Assembly: GCA_036495625.1 (NCBI GenBank)
Contig: DASXMQ010000091.1
Location: forward strand, 1-57,656
Source: Candidatus Binataceae bacterium
GTDB taxonomy: Bacteria > Desulfobacterota > Binatia > Binatales > Binataceae
DNA length: 57,656 nucleotides
Direction: 5' to 3'
In this document: in pieces, positions 55,194 to 57,656 of the stretch
Layout of the letters: every line of letters starts with the position of its first letter
How positions within the stretch are numbered: the stretch's first letter is position 1
Notes under the pieces: model-generated
What the model was told of the DNA's origin: nothing
The model's input: the letters and a program-made list of their open reading frames with translations, nothing else
The model's database searches: none
Made by a program: the position numbers and the translations under genes

Positions 55194-56888
55194 ATGGACT
55201 ACGACCTCAAGATAACGGGCGGTACGATTATCGACGGCACCGGATCTCCAGCGCGCGGCGGCGACGTCGCGCTAAAGGACGGCAGGATCGCCGCCGTGGG
55301 CGAGGCGCCCGGCAAGGCCGCGGCGACGCTCGAGGCGCGCGGCCGCGTGGTCGCTCCCGGCTTCGTCGATATTCACACTCACTACGACGCGCAGATCCTG
55401 TGGGATCGCATGATGACGATCTCACCGTGGCACGGCGTCACCACGGTGGTGATGGGCAACTGCGGCTTCGGCGTCGCGCCGACCCGCCCCGAGCATCGCG
55501 GCCTCATCATGCGAACGCTCGAGAAAGTCGAAGGCATGAGCCTCGACGCGCTGGAAGCCGGGCTCGGTTACGAGTGGCCGTTCGAGACCTTCGAGCAGTA
55601 CCTCGACGCGATCGAAAAGCGCGGCTCGGCGATCAACGTCGGCGCGCTCATCGGGCATACGCCGACGCGGCTCTACGTGATGGGCGAGGAATCCGTCGAA
55701 CGGCCGGCGAGCGAAGCCGAGATCGGGCAGATGCGCGAGATCGTGCGGCGCGCCATCCGCGCCGGCGCGGTCGGTTTCGCGACTTCCAAGTCGCCCACGC
55801 ACGTCGGCTACAGCGGCAAGCCGGTGCCGAGCCGCAAGGCGGAAATCGGCGAGATAACCGCGCTTGCGAGCGTACTCGCGGAGGAGAAGAGCGGCGTAAT
55901 TCAGGCCACGGTGGGCCGCGAACTGTTCCTCAAGGAGTTCACCGACCTCTTCCAGGCGACCGGCAGGACGATCACCTGGACCGCGCTGCTCGCCGGAATG
56001 ACCGGATCCAACGACGGCCATCGCCGCCTGCTCGCCCAGTCGCAAGAGCTTTCCGAACAGGGCATGAAGATCGTGCCGCAGGTCGCGTGCCGCCCGCTCA
56101 ACTTCGAGATGACGCTCAAGGAGCCCTTCATCTTCGAGAGCCTCTCGGTCTTCAAGCGGATTTCCGAAGCCGACTTCGACGGCAAGATGAAAATTTACGC
56201 CGACCCCGAATTCCGCGCGGTCTTCAAGGCCAAGACCGGAATCAATTCGGCGGGCCGCTTCGCCGATCGATGGGAGAGAAGCTGGGTCTCGTACTATCCG
56301 GGCCATCCGGAACTCGAAGAAAGCAATCTCGCCGAACTCTCTCGCGCGCGCGGCATCGACCCGATCGACTTGATGCTCGATATCGGGCTCGAAACCCAAC
56401 TCGAAGCGCGCTTCAGAATGGCGCTGTTCAATTACGAGGAAGACGAGGTGATCGCGCTGCTCAATGGCAAAGGCACGGTGGTCGGGCTTTCCGACGCCGG
56501 CGCCCATGCGAGCCAGCTTTGCGACGCCTGCTTCTCGACCTACCTGATGGGCCACTGGGTGCGCGAGCGCAAGGCGATTCCGATCGAACGCGCGGTGTGG
56601 ATGCTGACGGCGCGGCCGGCCGAGGTCTTCGCGCTGAGCGATCGCGGACGGCTCGCCCCCGGACTCGCGGGCGACGTGGTGGTCTTCGACCCGGACAAAA
56701 TCGGATGCTCGCGGCTACGTCGGGTCAATGACCTTCCTTCCGGCGCGGACCGCCTCATCGCCGACGCCTACGGAATCGACGCGGTGATCGTCAACGGAAC
56801 GGTCATCCGCGAGCATGGACGCGACGCGGTTACGCCGGACGGCCCGCTCCCTGGACGCCTGCTGCGTCACGGCCGCGCATCGGCCTGA
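55194..56888 (+). CDS. N-acyl-D-amino-acid deacylase (D-aminoacylase) family amidohydrolase
   Basis: DLKITGGTIIDGTG...GRIAAVG...PGFVDIHTHYD, GLSDAGAH, 564 aa. Confidence 0.85.
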   Translation: MDYDLKITGGTIIDGTGSPARGGDVALKDGRIAAVGEAPGKAAATLEARGRVVAPGFVDIHTHYDAQILWDRMMTISPWHGVTTVVMGNCGFGVAPTRPEHRGLIMRTLEKVEGMSLDALEAGLGYEWPFETFEQYLDAIEKRGSAINVGALIGHTPTRLYVMGEESVERPASEAEIGQMREIVRRAIRAGAVGFATSKSPTHVGYSGKPVPSRKAEIGEITALASVLAEEKSGVIQATVGRELFLKEFTDLFQATGRTITWTALLAGMTGSNDGHRRLLAQSQELSEQGMKIVPQVACRPLNFEMTLKEPFIFESLSVFKRISEADFDGKMKIYADPEFRAVFKAKTGINSAGRFADRWERSWVSYYPGHPELEESNLAELSRARGIDPIDLMLDIGLETQLEARFRMALFNYEEDEVIALLNGKGTVVGLSDAGAHASQLCDACFSTYLMGHWVRERKAIPIERAVWMLTARPAEVFALSDRGRLAPGLAGDVVVFDPDKIGCSRLRRVNDLPSGADRLIADAYGIDAVIVNGTVIREHGRDAVTPDGPLPGRLLRHGRASA

Positions 56889-56913
56889 AGGGCGCTATCG
56901 CGAACACCAAACT

Positions 56914-56956
56914 GATCGAATCGGCGGGCCGTCAATCGCGGTCCGCCGATTCGATC
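56914..56956 (+). terminator. long perfect hairpin after the D-aminoacylase gene (14 bp perfect, extendable to about 18 bp); no U-tract
   Basis: GATCGAATCGGCGG...CCGCCGATTCGATC. Confidence 0.5.
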
Positions 56957-56973
56957 TAACGATTAATCGCCCG

Positions 56974-57471
56974 ATGTTTTCCTACGACGCGCTCGCTCCG
57001 CTCGACGCCGTTCTCAATGCGAGCGCCGCGATCCTGCTGCTCGGTGGCTATATCGCGATCCGCCGCCATCACGTGCGCGTCCATCGCGCATGCATGCTGA
57101 GTGCGTTCGCCGTCTCGGTCGCCTTCTTCATCTCGTATTGCATCTACCACTATCACGTGGGCGACGTGCGCTTCGGCGGCCGCGGACTGATAAGGCCGGT
57201 CTATTTCACGATCCTATCGACGCATATCGCGCTGGCGGCCGCGATCGTGCCGCTCGCCCTCATCACGCTCGGCCGCGCGCTGCGCGGCCGCTTCGCACGC
57301 CATCGGAAAATCGCGCGATGGGCGTGGCCGATCTGGATGTACGTGTCGGTGACGGGCGTCGTGGTTTACCTGATGGTGTACAAGCTGTACCCGCATCTAC
57401 CGTCTATGGCGGCGTCTGCGGCGGCCGCGCGCGAAGCGCGCGCGGCCGCCGCCGTTGCCGACCAGCGCTGA
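56974..57471 (+). CDS. DUF420 family membrane protein
   Basis: Start moved to ATG 56974 (MFSYDALAPLDAVLNASAAILLLGGYIAIRRH). Four TM segments and an HRKIARWAWPIWMYVSVTGVVVY block typical of DUF420. Confidence 0.75.
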   Translation: MFSYDALAPLDAVLNASAAILLLGGYIAIRRHHVRVHRACMLSAFAVSVAFFISYCIYHYHVGDVRFGGRGLIRPVYFTILSTHIALAAAIVPLALITLGRALRGRFARHRKIARWAWPIWMYVSVTGVVVYLMVYKLYPHLPSMAASAAAAREARAAAAVADQR

Positions 57472-57656
57472 CGAGCGCTGGCGCGACACCCCCGCCGAGA
57501 TCGCGCGCGAGTTCAACGTCCCCGAGCGCAAGTTGTTCATCCGACTGGGCCGACGGTCGCGCTCGGCGATGCACAATCCCGCGCAATTTCCTTCACCAGA
57601 CGCCTGCGATGACGCTGACGCTTTGGACGCGCAGCGGGTGTCCTCTGGTGTCATCC

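Noticed and set aside
54950-56731. 593-aa plus-strand ORF starting in the repeat region
   Set aside because: It is out of frame with the well-supported D-aminoacylase-family gene, and downstream of about 55200 it is Arg/Gly-rich junk. Only its first ~30 codons (the AKAF repeat) are discussed, under findings.
57455-57656. Possible partial genes at the right edge: a plus frame ...ERWRDTPAEIAREFNVPERKLFIRLG... from TTG 57455, or a minus frame ending at TGA 57593-57595
   Set aside because: Both are short, mutually exclusive and truncated by the window. There is too little sequence to choose between them or assign a family.

Overview
GC-rich bacterial chromosomal segment: sampled 60-nt windows are 62-68% G+C, and AT-rich patches occur almost only between genes. 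Most of it is ordinary core genome. I saw no transposase, integrase, CRISPR array, rRNA or recognisable defence genes. Gene content in order:
- HpcH/CitE-like lyase, ICMT-family methyltransferase, SDR
- argC coupled to a Tat-signal SOD-like protein and a large membrane protein
- rpsI-rplM and tRNA-Asp(GTC)
- RND efflux permease (frameshifted) plus its MFP adaptor
- dienelactone hydrolase fusion and two secreted proteins
- isc operon iscS-iscU-iscA-hscB-hscA-iscX, with iscS cut by an in-frame TAG and no iscR or fdx
- pckG; secF without secD, preceded by two tiny zinc-ribbon ORFs; trmI; a secreted phosphoesterase-like protein; a class A PBP
- a minus-strand run of fabF, fabH, EntE-type aryl-acid adenylase, a 97-aa Cys-rich protein, a solitary PaaA-like di-iron oxygenase and an ArsA/Get3-like ATPase
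- tkt-pgl, typA, an AsmA/YhdP-like giant protein, DUF2064, cutA, hisC, pth
- extradiol dioxygenase plus amidohydrolase_2, a D-aminoacylase-family protein and a DUF420 protein

The best candidate for an undescribed system is the orphan adenylase / PaaA-like / Cys-miniprotein / ArsA-like module at 33440-37375. It may be linked to the non-canonical fabF-fabH pair.

Other points worth a second look:
- the isc locus: amber codon in iscS, a low-GC patch, zinc-finger HscB, and a candidate Rrf2-type operator with no iscR gene nearby
- a protein-like frame after secF that has no start codon
- four separate short tandem-repeat arrays, all intergenic

Several gene-disrupting lesions occur in one window, so assembly or sequencing error must be excluded before any biological reading. 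All homology calls are by-eye motif recognition; no searches were run.
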